Shown here piece by piece: positions 11,426 to 23,392 of a DNA stretch of 64,000 nucleotides. The notes under the pieces were generated by a model. It saw only the letters and a list, made by a program, of their open reading frames with translations. It did no database searches and was not told where the DNA came from. The stretch is taken from NCBI GenBank assembly GCA_964636385.1, contig CAZWSC010000010.1, forward strand, positions 12,159-76,158, in the 5' to 3' direction. The first letter of the stretch is position 1. The number at the start of each line of letters is the position of its first letter. The position numbers and the translations under genes were made by a program. Source of the DNA: an uncultured bacterium (GTDB lineage Bacteria > Eisenbacteria > RBG-16-71-46 > CAIMUX01).

Positions 11426-11907
11426 TTGCCCCACTTTCGTATCACATTGCAGGAGTATCAGTTATCGTGTGCGGGCATCCGGCGGCTGCGTTCGTGGCAT
11501 CGTCTCGCCCAGCTGTGCTGTCCCAAATTGGCACAGATCAGCCACCCGGATGTGGGGGTGAGATCTTGTAGACGCATATAGTGCTGCAAAACAAGTGATT
11601 ACAGCGTTCACGTCATCAAGCCGTCCAGTAGGTCAGATCCGTGTCAAACTGATACACTCCAGCAATGACGTTTCAAAATCGATCACAACCGCTGTCCCCC
11701 AGGGCAGAAGCCTCAGGGTCGCTGTGCTCACGGATCCGGCAACACAAGCCCCAATACATATCGATGGCAATGTATATATCAACATATCGACACGGGGCAC
11801 ATATACACACATTGATAAATATGTGTCCCGACCTGCGGGATGCCCCGCATCATTGGGCCACTTGGCACACAGGACCCCCGGCGAAGCCTCCCGGCCTGAC
11901 AACCATG

Positions 11908-11923
11908 AGGCATGCTCCTTGCA
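11908..11923 (+). promoter_or_regulatory. sigma54 promoter for the gene at 12103
   Basis: AGGCATGCTCCTTGCA (GG-N8-TTGC). Confidence 0.55.
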
Positions 11924-12102
11924 CGGGTAAGGGCGAGGGTGCAGGCGATCTGGGTTTCACCACAGCCTGGATCTATTGTGGGGGCTAGAGTTACAGGAGC
12001 AGCCAGACTTCGGGGATGCTTGGCGCAGTTCCCGGACCGTTGCAGGTTGGAGAGCACACGAACAGTGGAATGCAGATTGCACCCCACCAGGCGGAGGAAA
12101 GC

Positions 12103-12636
12103 ATGCGCAATGGCCCGAAAGCCACCACGACACCAGCGATGATCTCAGGGACCCGCTTTCTCGAAAACCTGGCGTACCTCGTTCCGGGCTACAGCGGCTA
12201 CAAAGGGATCGGTTCCCGTAGAGAGGAGGACTCACGCCTCCGCAGCAGGGTACTGGCGAAGCTCTCCCTCATCAGGGACCTGCTGGAGGAGCGGATCGGC
12301 TGCCTGTCCGAGCAGTCCCTCGACTCTGCCGTGGAGGCACTGGAGCAGAGATTGCGCCGCGTGGAAGGGGTTGCCGACGCGGTTCGCTACGCTCCATATG
12401 GCTTCAGTGGGTTCTTCGAGGCCACAAGGGTGCGTGAGGAAACACTGGAGCGAATACTCGAGACCGATCTGCTACTGTTCCAGGACTTGGACGATGCGGT
12501 AGAGCGGATCCGCGGCACCGCCTTCCCGCCGCGCACGCGGACAGCCATGACATCCTTTCTCGACTCTCTTGATCAGGACGTCGAGCGCATCGAAGTCCAT
12601 CTGGTAATGCGCGACAAGATACTGGGCGATCCGTAG
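12103..12636 (+). CDS. Hypothetical alpha-helical protein
   Basis: SD GGAGG before ATG; motifs VPGYSGYK...RREEDSRLR and RYAPYGFSGFF look like a conserved uncharacterised family. Confidence 0.7.
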   Translation: MRNGPKATTTPAMISGTRFLENLAYLVPGYSGYKGIGSRREEDSRLRSRVLAKLSLIRDLLEERIGCLSEQSLDSAVEALEQRLRRVEGVADAVRYAPYGFSGFFEATRVREETLERILETDLLLFQDLDDAVERIRGTAFPPRTRTAMTSFLDSLDQDVERIEVHLVMRDKILGDP

Positions 12637-12780
12637 CCTGGATTACCCACGGACCCTCGATGGCGACACAGGGACGCCGGCACCGCGGCGCACGGCTGCA
12701 TTGCGGTGAAGAGACTGCGGCTGACCCGGACCAGGGCAATGCCTGGATCCGGACCAGCCGTCATCAGAGTAACCCCTGCC

Positions 12781-15277
<2,497 letters not shown>

Positions 15278-15293
15278 CGCGGTTCCTCCTCCC

Positions 15294-15557
15294 CTATGAA
15301 CTGACCTCCGCCGCCGGTTTCTTCAGCTTGTACACAGTGATGGCGCCCGGCTCGGGACACGCATAGAAGCAGATCCCGCATCCGATGCACCCCTCCCCGA
15401 TGTATTCCGCGGGGTGGTAGCCCATCCGGTTGATGGCCCTCGACAGGCGCAGAACCTTCGTAGGGCATTCCATCACGCACATGCCGCACCCCTTGCACTC
15501 GTCAACCCTGATCTCCGGCCGGCCGGCTGCCTTGGCCGCAGGGGCTTTCTTCTCCAT
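15294..15557 (-). CDS. 2[4Fe-4S] ferredoxin (delta subunit)
   Basis: [12 protein letters not shown] and [12 protein letters not shown]. Confidence 0.92.
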   Translation of the reverse strand: MEKKAPAAKAAGRPEIRVDECKGCGMCVMECPTKVLRLSRAINRMGYHPAEYIGEGCIGCGICFYACPEPGAITVYKLKKPAAEVSS

Positions 15558-15749
15558 GTTCACTCCTCCCCGCACAGTCCCCTGGAGGGAGACGCAGGAC
15601 TCATTATGTGTCAGTTTTGTTCCGAGATCCGATGGGATCCGACCGCCTCCAGCCTGTCCCCGGACACTTATGCACCGGTGGCTGGAGTTGCGCAGGCAAT
15701 ACGCATTGAAGAGGCTAGCAGGATAAGGATGCCCAATCCAGAGCGAGTT

Positions 15750-15780
15750 GCCGGGAACGCGACCGGTTCCCGGCTTTTTT
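15750..15780 (+). terminator. Rho-independent terminator with no upstream + strand gene
   Basis: GCCGGGAAC-N7-GTTCCCGGC-TTTTTT. Confidence 0.7.
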
Positions 15781-15948
15781 CCGGACCGGGCGCCAAGGCC
15801 GCGGAACCTGCTCGATCCGTGAGACATCGTCTGATCTAATCGCCATCGTGGCTGGGGGATCGGTTGGAACCGGCCTCCGGCGACAGCCCTGGACCCGGAA
15901 GGCCTGGGGGCGCGTGATGTCCGGTCTTCCGCATCAAGGAGGAACAGC

Positions 15949-16872
15949 ATGGACAGGATATCCGACAGTATTGATGGGAGGCCGGGGCTTTGGGTGCTCC
16001 TTCCCCTGGTCGTGGCCCTGATGCTCCCGGCCGGTGGGGCAGCTCACGACGAACCGTCCGGATCGATCGCTGCATGGGGCCTCGACGCCCATGGCAGATG
16101 CGACGTCCCGCAGCCGAACGAAGGCTTTCTCGACATATCCGCCGGTGAGTGGCACAGCATGGGACTGAAGGCTGACGGCAGGATCCTGGCGTGGGGCTGG
16201 GGCTACCACGGCCAGTGCGATGTCCCGGAGCCGAACGAAGGCTTCGTCGCCATTTCGGCCGGGGCAGGGCACAGCCTGGGGCTCTACGGAGACGGTACGG
16301 TTGCCGCCTGGGGGGAGAACAATTCGCTTCAGTTGGACATCTCCGAGCCCAACGCAGACTTCATCGCGATCGCGGCGGGCGGCTGGCACAGCCTGGCCCT
16401 CCGCAGTGACGGCACGATCGCCGCATGGGGCTGGAATATCCACGAGCAGTCCGAACTCCCGGAAGATAATGGGGACTTCGTGGAGATATCCGCCGGCGCG
16501 TGGCACAGCCTGGGCCTGCGGAGTGACGGCACGATAGTGGCGTGGGGGGACAACAGCTTCGGGCAGTGCGATGTCCCCGCGGCAGGGACGGAGTTCATCG
16601 CCATAGCCGGAGGCGGCTGGCACACTCTCGCGCTCCAGGGCGACGGTACGATCCTGGCATGGGGTAAGAACGAGCACGGCCAGTGCGACGTGCCGGAGCC
16701 GAACGGGGACTTCATAGCCATCGCCGCGGGAAGCCGGCACAGTCTGGCCATCCGGAGCGACGGCACAATCGCAGCCTGGGGGAAGAACGAGCACGGCCAG
16801 TGCGACGCGCCGGTCCGGGAAGGCGGCTTCTCCGTCGTGTCCGGAGGCCGCAGGCACAGCCTGGCTCTGTAG
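15949..16872 (+). CDS. Secreted RCC1/BLIP-II-like 7-blade beta-propeller
   Basis: Signal peptide, then 7 repeats of about 39 aa (GTIAAWG.N.HGQCDVP...FIAIAAG..HSLAL). Confidence 0.85.
   Translation: MDRISDSIDGRPGLWVLLPLVVALMLPAGGAAHDEPSGSIAAWGLDAHGRCDVPQPNEGFLDISAGEWHSMGLKADGRILAWGWGYHGQCDVPEPNEGFVAISAGAGHSLGLYGDGTVAAWGENNSLQLDISEPNADFIAIAAGGWHSLALRSDGTIAAWGWNIHEQSELPEDNGDFVEISAGAWHSLGLRSDGTIVAWGDNSFGQCDVPAAGTEFIAIAGGGWHTLALQGDGTILAWGKNEHGQCDVPEPNGDFIAIAAGSRHSLAIRSDGTIAAWGKNEHGQCDAPVREGGFSVVSGGRRHSLAL
16060..16869 (+). repeat. Seven degenerate 117-bp coding tandem repeats
   Basis: Recurring GACGGCACGAT, GGCACAGCCTGG and CAGTGCGA motifs at 117-nt period. Confidence 0.85.
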
Positions 16873-16933
16873 CCGGGACATCCACCCACCAACCCCTTGC
16901 AGGACACGGGATGTCCGGGCATCTGGAGACCAT

Positions 16934-18952
16934 TTGGCCCTGATCACGCTTCGAAACGTCACAGCTGCATTCGGCGGTCCACCCGTACTGAACGGGGTGG
17001 ACCTGACCGTTCTGCCGGGCGACCGCCTCTGCCTGGTGGGACGGAACGGATCCGGCAAGTCGACCCTGCTGCGCCTGATCGCAGGTGAGCTGAGGCCGGA
17101 TTCAGGCGAGATCTCCCGCCGCAGCGACCTCAAGACAGCCATCCTCCACCAGGAAATCCCCCCCGGTACAGGCGGCACCGTGTTCGACGTTGCCGCCGCC
17201 GGCACAGGCGAGCTGTTCTCGATGCTGGCTGAGTATCACCGCCTGAGCCACTCCCTCACACAGGATCAGAGCCCCGCGATCGCTGCGCGCCAGCAGGAGC
17301 TCCAGGGGATGCTCGAAGACCGCGGAGGCTTCAGCCTGCACCGCGATGTGGAGCGGGTCCTCTCGCGCCTCGGGCTGGATCCTGAGGCGGACTTCTCCCC
17401 GCTCTCCGGCGGATCGAAGCGGCGGGTGATGCTGGCGAAGGCCCTGGTCTGCGGCCCCGAGATCCTGCTCCTGGACGAACCGACCAATCAGCTGGACATC
17501 GACACGATAGTCTGGCTGGAGGAGTTCCTGCTCCGCCAGGCCAGGACCATCATCCTGGTCACGCACGACCGCGCTTTCGCCAGAAGGCTTGCCAACCGCG
17601 TGGCCGAACTGGACCGCGGGCGCCTGATCGCCTTTCCCTGCGGATATGATGACTTCCTGAGGAGGCGTGAGGCGCTCCTCGAGGCTGAGGCGGCACGAGC
17701 TGAACTCCTGGACAGAAAGCTGGCCGGGGAGGAGGCCTGGGTTCGCCAGGGGATCAAGGCCCGGCGCACACGCAACGAGGGACGGGTCCGCGCGCTGCTT
17801 GCCCTGCGCGAGGAGGCGACTGCGCGCAGGGAGAAGGCAGGCCTGGCCAGGATCGAGATCTCCGGGACCGGCACATCCGGCCGCCTCTTCTGCAGGGCTT
17901 CAGGCGCCACCTACTCCTATGGCGAAAAGCCGGTCATCCGGGACCTGACAGCGACGATCCTGCAGGGAGACCGCGTCGGCATCATCGGCCCGAACGGAAG
18001 CGGCAAGACCACCCTCCTGCGGATCCTTGCCGGCGAGCTTGCCCCGCAGTCGGGATCGATCCGATTCGGGAAGGGGCTGGACTTCGTCTATCTCGACCAG
18101 TTCCGTGAGCAGCTCGACCCAGGGAAGAGCGCCCGCGAGAATGTGGGTGAGGGGCGCGATGTCGTGACAGTGAACGGCAGGCCCAGGCACATACTGGCCT
18201 ACCTGCGGGACTTCCTCTTCACGCCCGAGAGGGCCCAGACACCGGTCCGCGTCCTGTCGGGCGGGGAGCGGAACCGGCTCCTGATGGCGAAGCTCTTCAC
18301 GAGGCCGTGCAATGCCCTGGTGCTGGACGAACCCACGAATGACCTGGACGCGGAGACGCTCGATCTTCTGGAGGGCCTGATCCTGGAGTTCCGGGGGACC
18401 CTGCTACTCGTGAGCCACGATCGCGACTTCCTGAACAACGTAGTCACGAGCACGCTGTCGGTCGGAGCGGACGGGAGCGTGGCGGAGTTCGTCGGCGGAT
18501 ATGACGACTGGCTGCGCCAGGCAGGGGCCAGTGCGGCTGCAGGGGCAGCCACAGGTGCGCCCATCGCGAAAGCGGCCCCCTCGACGGATGACGGTGCGCA
18601 TGGCACAGGGGTGTCTGACCGGCGCGGCAGGCGAAGCAGGAGCTCATCCGGCCCGGCAGGCGGGAGATCCGCGGGCGAACCGGACGCTGCGGCACCCGGA
18701 ACCGGCGAGCCCCCCTCCAGCAGGAGGCGAAAGCTGACCTACAGGGAGGAGAGGGAGCTCGCCTCGCTCCCTCAACGGATAGAGGCATTGGAGGAGGAGC
18801 AATCGAAGCTCCACTCGTCCCTTGCCGACCCGGAGTTGTACAGGACCGCGGGTGGAACCGTGGCCGAGTTGACCGACCGGCTGGGGCGGGTTGAGTCCGA
18901 GCTCGAGGCTGCGTTCGCAAGGTGGGAGGAGCTGGAATCGATGGGGGGGTAG
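16934..18952 (+). CDS. uup: ABC-F ATPase Uup
   Basis: Two ABC domains (GRNGSGKST, GPNGSGKTT), WVRQGIKARRTRNEGRVRAL linker, C-terminal KLTYREEREL coiled coil. Confidence 0.92.
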   Translation: MALITLRNVTAAFGGPPVLNGVDLTVLPGDRLCLVGRNGSGKSTLLRLIAGELRPDSGEISRRSDLKTAILHQEIPPGTGGTVFDVAAAGTGELFSMLAEYHRLSHSLTQDQSPAIAARQQELQGMLEDRGGFSLHRDVERVLSRLGLDPEADFSPLSGGSKRRVMLAKALVCGPEILLLDEPTNQLDIDTIVWLEEFLLRQARTIILVTHDRAFARRLANRVAELDRGRLIAFPCGYDDFLRRREALLEAEAARAELLDRKLAGEEAWVRQGIKARRTRNEGRVRALLALREEATARREKAGLARIEISGTGTSGRLFCRASGATYSYGEKPVIRDLTATILQGDRVGIIGPNGSGKTTLLRILAGELAPQSGSIRFGKGLDFVYLDQFREQLDPGKSARENVGEGRDVVTVNGRPRHILAYLRDFLFTPERAQTPVRVLSGGERNRLLMAKLFTRPCNALVLDEPTNDLDAETLDLLEGLILEFRGTLLLVSHDRDFLNNVVTSTLSVGADGSVAEFVGGYDDWLRQAGASAAAGAATGAPIAKAAPSTDDGAHGTGVSDRRGRRSRSSSGPAGGRSAGEPDAAAPGTGEPPSSRRRKLTYREERELASLPQRIEALEEEQSKLHSSLADPELYRTAGGTVAELTDRLGRVESELEAAFARWEELESMGG

Positions 18953-18984
18953 GCCGGTGAGTGAGGAGGGCCAGGGGCGCCCGT

Positions 18985-21624
18985 TCACTCATCAATGATC
19001 AGCACCCGCGGCCTCTGCACACCCACACGAAGTTCGGTCGTGCCGTCGATGTACACGGTGCGCCCCACTGCCGCTGCCAGGACTGAGGCGAACTCCTCAC
19101 TGAGGGTGTGCCGGCCGAACCCTTCCAGCACAACCACCGTGAAAGGCCATGACTCGGCGAGCAGGGGTCCGAGATCCGCACCGGCCGTGATGACGCCGCT
19201 GGCCCCCGCGTCGCGAAGATTCTGCAGACCGGCAAGGTCCAGGTGCTCCACAAGGGCGACAACGCCAGCTGAAGCGCCATCCATCCCGTCGTCAGGGCGT
19301 GTCGGCAGCCCTTCTCCCTGTGGCTGGCCTGAATAACCGCCGCCCGGACCCGATCCCGGCTCCCGATACGCCAGCCGCCCGGCCGTCTCGCCGCCTGCGC
19401 CCCAGGCACCCCTGATCACGGTGCCGGACGTCTCGATGACAGCCCCGCGACCGGTTATCTCGCACACCGTACCCGGCACCCAGGCTTTCACCTCCAGCTC
19501 CTCGCGCAGAGGCTCCACCCAGATGCGGCCCTCATCCGGACGGATCTGGAGGACCCTGCCGCGGATGGGAGAGAGCGCCGTACGCCCCACCGGCGGGATA
19601 CCGGTTGCAGCCAGAACAGACCCTGCTTCCACCTCCTGCCCTTCCCCGCAACGGAGGAAAGGCGCCAGTTTTCCTGCGTCGACCTTCAGGGCGGCGGCGG
19701 CATCTACAACACAGACGTGCCGGGCCTGGGCGGGAGTCTCTCTGGCCAACACTGTTCCGTCGGCGAGTAGCCTGTCGAAGATGCCGCCTACCTGGCAGCG
19801 GAACTCCTTCGTCCTGAGCATCCCCTTCCGCCTTGCCAGCAGATCGCCCGGTGCGAACCCGTCCCCAGGCCCCATCAGAAGATGCTGCCCGGTCTCCTCC
19901 GGCCTGCAGTCGAGCACCTGCGCAACCGGCAGGAAGAACGGGCGGAGGAAAAGCCGTGTGCTCCGGGCTATAAGTGTGTCGCCTTCCACGGTGCCCCCCT
20001 TGTGGACAAGGACATCCCCGGGAATCGACAGCTCGCGCTCCAGGATGATCCTTCCGCGCCGGACCGGGTCCTCGGCAGACGCCGGAATCCTGGATGCAGC
20101 ACCCGGCACGGCTGCCCTCGCCGTCGACCCACGGTGATCCTGCGCCCTGCCCAGCCGCACTATCCCGACACGGTTGAAGAGCTCGAAGGCCAGATCAGGA
20201 TCCTGTGCGGAGAGCATCCCCAGGTGCGGAAAGATGAAGGCGCTGTCCACAGCGAGCTGCGTCCTGCGTGAAGTCTGAACGGCATCGGTCAGGATTCGGG
20301 CTGCGACGTCGCGGGGCACGTGTGAAAGTGCACCGCCGCTCCCGATGATGAGATCGTACCTGTCCGCGTTGACCACACCGGGCTCCGTGCGCGCCTCTCT
20401 CTGCCGGTCCCTCAGATGCGAGCGGATCCGAAAGGCATCCGCGCCCCTGTCATCCGACTTCCCGCCCAGCACGCGCAGGTGCGCGCGCACCGCCTCGCGC
20501 ACAGCCAGGGTTGCGATGCCCCGCTCGATTCCGGCATCAACCTCGTCCCCGGGGAGCCGCGTGGGATTGAGATACTTCTCCCCCACGCGGTTGAGCACGT
20601 CGCCTGCGTGATCCCGTGCCGGATGCGCCCCGCCCCGGGAGTCCCGCCCCTTGTCCAGCAACTCCAGCAGTGCATCCAGCCCGGCGGAGAGCAGCACGTT
20701 CAGGATGCTGTAGCTCATGCCCAGGTTCGCGCTGACCGTGCGCACGACCCTGCCTTCGTGCGCCGTGAAGACGTCGGTCGTGGCCCCTCCCACATCCACG
20801 GCGAGGATCCGCTCTCCCGTCTTCTCCGACACAAGCCCAAGTATCCTGCCGACCGCCGACGGAGTGGGCAGGAGCGGCCCGTCCACCCAGTCGCGCAACC
20901 GTTCGTAACCGGGGGCCTGCGACATTACGTGCTCCATGAAGAGCTCGTGGATCGCCTCCCGAGCGGGGCCCAGCCGCTCCTGTCCCGCCTCGGGGCGGAG
21001 GTTGTCGACCGCACGCAGCATAAAGCGGTCTTTCACAGCAGCCTCGACATAAGGCAGTGCTTTCCTGTTGCCGGCGAAGATGACAGGAAGCCGGGCACGG
21101 GGGTTCCGCTTGGGATGCAGCGAGGCTTCGTTCATGATCTCGGCAAGGAAGACCGGCCCGGAGATCGCGTCGCCATCGAATCCGCCGGCAAGCAGGACCA
21201 TGTCGGGACGGAGCCGCTCGAGATCCCGGATCTTCTGATATGGCGTGCGCCCGTCGTCCAGGGCCAGCACATCCAGCACGATCGCGCCGGCACCGAGGGC
21301 AACCCTCTCTGCGCTCTGCGAGGTGATGGAACGTACCAGGCCGGTCACGACGACGGCAAGGCCACCGCCCGCGCTGGAGGTAGAGAGGTAGGTCACTGCC
21401 GGGCGGCCGTCCCGTGTCAGGGGCGTGCCGACTTCATCCCTGAAGGCATCCAGCGCCCGTAGAACGCCGAGCGTCACGTCCTCGTCCGGCTTCTCCACCG
21501 TCGTGGCGGCCTCGTGCCGCAGACAGCGCCACCCTCCATCCCCGCCATCCCGGAGGAAGAGAACCGCCTTCGTTGTCGTGCTTCCTACGTCGGTTATGCA
21601 GATCAGGGGGTCATTGCAGCCCAT
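18985..21624 (-). CDS. GlmL/MutL-like ASKHA ATPase fused to a C-terminal barrel-sandwich-like domain
   Basis: DVGSTTTKA, SSAGGGL, LLAGGFDG, PTP, VDVGGATTDV, RTVSANLGMSYS, IIGSGG; an additional C-terminal region of roughly 350 aa. Confidence 0.75.
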   Translation of the reverse strand: MGCNDPLICITDVGSTTTKAVLFLRDGGDGGWRCLRHEAATTVEKPDEDVTLGVLRALDAFRDEVGTPLTRDGRPAVTYLSTSSAGGGLAVVVTGLVRSITSQSAERVALGAGAIVLDVLALDDGRTPYQKIRDLERLRPDMVLLAGGFDGDAISGPVFLAEIMNEASLHPKRNPRARLPVIFAGNRKALPYVEAAVKDRFMLRAVDNLRPEAGQERLGPAREAIHELFMEHVMSQAPGYERLRDWVDGPLLPTPSAVGRILGLVSEKTGERILAVDVGGATTDVFTAHEGRVVRTVSANLGMSYSILNVLLSAGLDALLELLDKGRDSRGGAHPARDHAGDVLNRVGEKYLNPTRLPGDEVDAGIERGIATLAVREAVRAHLRVLGGKSDDRGADAFRIRSHLRDRQREARTEPGVVNADRYDLIIGSGGALSHVPRDVAARILTDAVQTSRRTQLAVDSAFIFPHLGMLSAQDPDLAFELFNRVGIVRLGRAQDHRGSTARAAVPGAASRIPASAEDPVRRGRIILERELSIPGDVLVHKGGTVEGDTLIARSTRLFLRPFFLPVAQVLDCRPEETGQHLLMGPGDGFAPGDLLARRKGMLRTKEFRCQVGGIFDRLLADGTVLARETPAQARHVCVVDAAAALKVDAGKLAPFLRCGEGQEVEAGSVLAATGIPPVGRTALSPIRGRVLQIRPDEGRIWVEPLREELEVKAWVPGTVCEITGRGAVIETSGTVIRGAWGAGGETAGRLAYREPGSGPGGGYSGQPQGEGLPTRPDDGMDGASAGVVALVEHLDLAGLQNLRDAGASGVITAGADLGPLLAESWPFTVVVLEGFGRHTLSEEFASVLAAAVGRTVYIDGTTELRVGVQRPRVLIIDE

Positions 21625-22617
21625 TCAATCCATCACGCACCTGATTCCGTAGCCCTGGCCCGTGCTGCCGTGCCGGTATTGCGGGTACTGGTTGCCGCGG
21701 TTGCCGGTACGGAGAGGGGCCGTGCCTGATCCCCAGGAGCCCCCGCGTGTCACACGGCAGCACTCGAAATGCGTTGCAGGCGGATCCTCGCGCCCATCAT
21801 CCGGATCGTAGGGATAGCCTGCCCAGCCGGTGCTTGTCCACGCGTGCACATTCCCGGCCACATCGTACAGGCCATACGGGCTTGGGCTGTCGATCGTCTG
21901 GAACCCGTCGTGATTGCGGCCGTCGTAGTAGCCGACAGGCGTTGTCCAGCCATTCCCCTCATACGGGTCGCCGCTGTCCCAGTAGTTCGCCCGCTGCCCG
22001 CTGATCCCCATGCCCCAGGGATAGGTCGGGGTGTCCGCGCTGTCGCACTGCATCGGATCGCCCCACATCTCGCACCCGCCCCTGGCGGCTTTCTCCCACT
22101 CCACCTCGGTCGGGAGACGCTTCCCGGCCCAGCGGCAGTACGCATCGGCTTCCCACCACGAGACCCCATGCACCGGGAAGTGCTCGTTCCCCGGGATGCC
22201 GCCGCCGTGATACTCGTCGCTGTTCCAGTTGGCCGGCAGAGTAATGCTCTGCGCAACACGCCAGTCCCAGCCGACAGGGTTCCACCACTCAGGATTGTCG
22301 TATCCGCCGGCATCGATGAACCCGCTGTACTCGGCGTTCGTCACCGAGTACTTCCCGATCCAGAACCCATCGACCCAGACATCGTGGATGGGCGTAGCGA
22401 GAGGTTCGCCGGGTATCCCCAGCCTCACATAGCCCGGCGGGATCCAGATCATGCCGTCCGGATCCTCGCGGAATGTCAGGCTGTCGATGTTCGACACCGC
22501 GAACTCCGTGACTCTCTCACCCTCGTGAACGAGCATTCTCCACTCAGCCCGGCACGGTGTTGCAGCGATTGCAGGGCAGAGGACCAAGGCTGCCACAATC
22601 GTCATCCGAAATCTCAT
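21625..22617 (-). CDS. Secreted FGE-sulfatase/CLec-fold protein (paralog 1)
   Basis: Signal peptide; VTNAEY, PVHGVSWWEA, RLPTEVEWEKAARG, YPWG, SPYGLYDVAGNV, RGGSW. Confidence 0.88.
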   Translation of the reverse strand: MRFRMTIVAALVLCPAIAATPCRAEWRMLVHEGERVTEFAVSNIDSLTFREDPDGMIWIPPGYVRLGIPGEPLATPIHDVWVDGFWIGKYSVTNAEYSGFIDAGGYDNPEWWNPVGWDWRVAQSITLPANWNSDEYHGGGIPGNEHFPVHGVSWWEADAYCRWAGKRLPTEVEWEKAARGGCEMWGDPMQCDSADTPTYPWGMGISGQRANYWDSGDPYEGNGWTTPVGYYDGRNHDGFQTIDSPSPYGLYDVAGNVHAWTSTGWAGYPYDPDDGREDPPATHFECCRVTRGGSWGSGTAPLRTGNRGNQYPQYRHGSTGQGYGIRCVMD

Positions 22618-22762
22618 CGTCCGGTCCTCCATAAATTGGTGTCCGTCGTACAGGCCCAACCCCCTCCTCGCGGCCTTGACCTGATTGCACTCTCCAGGGC
22701 GGGATAGTCCGGTCACCCCGCCGTGTTCCCGACAGCAGGATCACCACCCACCCGCCACACAA

Positions 22763-23344
22763 TCAAGGCAGCAGGATCATCCTTCTGCTTTCCTCCACTC
22801 CCGGGGCACGCAGGGTGTAGAAGTAGACACCGCCTGCGGCCTTGTGGCCGGCATCATCCAGGCCGTCCCAGTGCACGGTCTGCCGGCCTGCTGAGCGCTC
22901 GCCGCCCGCCAGTGTCCGCACCAGCCGGCCATCGGGGCTGTAGATTGCGAGTTCGGCTGCGCCGGCCTGCGGCAGGTCGAACGCGATCTGAGTATCGGAC
23001 GAAAACGGGTTCGGCTGGTTCTGGAAGAGTCGGATCGCCTTCAGCGCCTGCGCCGTGGCCTCCGGCGTCGGAGCGCTCGATACTTCCATGATGAAGTCAA
23101 TCCTCACGATCTCGTCTGTAGGGTAGCTGTCGGAACCTGTGGTCGTCACGACGATCACCGCGTCATCGTCGAACAGGACCTGCTCGATGTTGCCTACCGC
23201 GTAGACCGCGCCCGGGCCCTCGGTCAGCCTGATGACCAGGGCGGGCTCATCTGCATTCGCTGCCTGCGCCGCGGCCAGGCAGGCGAGTAGGGCAGAGGCT
23301 GCCCACAATGGGATCCGGTTCCTGCAAGACTGTCCTGTTCTCAT
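22763..23344 (-). CDS. Small secreted protein with FlgD-Ig/T9SS-type C-terminal sorting domain
   Basis: Signal peptide; LFQNQPNPF, IYSPDGRLVRTL, WDG.D..G...GVYFY. Confidence 0.85.
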   Translation of the reverse strand: MRTGQSCRNRIPLWAASALLACLAAAQAANADEPALVIRLTEGPGAVYAVGNIEQVLFDDDAVIVVTTTGSDSYPTDEIVRIDFIMEVSSAPTPEATAQALKAIRLFQNQPNPFSSDTQIAFDLPQAGAAELAIYSPDGRLVRTLAGGERSAGRQTVHWDGLDDAGHKAAGGVYFYTLRAPGVEESRRMILLP

Positions 23345-23392
23345 TTTCGCCTCCATGTTGATCCTGATCCGCCTGCTCGGGACAAGGGGCCA

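Noticed and set aside
11580-11850. Replication origin in the AT-rich region
   Set aside because: No DnaA-box cluster (TTATCCACA) and no dnaA/parAB neighbours; better explained as a regulatory region.
16060-16869. CRISPR-like periodic repeats
   Set aside because: The repeats are degenerate, in frame and encode propeller blades; no cas genes.
18520-18725. Extra domain in Uup
   Set aside because: Low-complexity Ala/Gly/Ser/Arg linker at a position that is normally variable.
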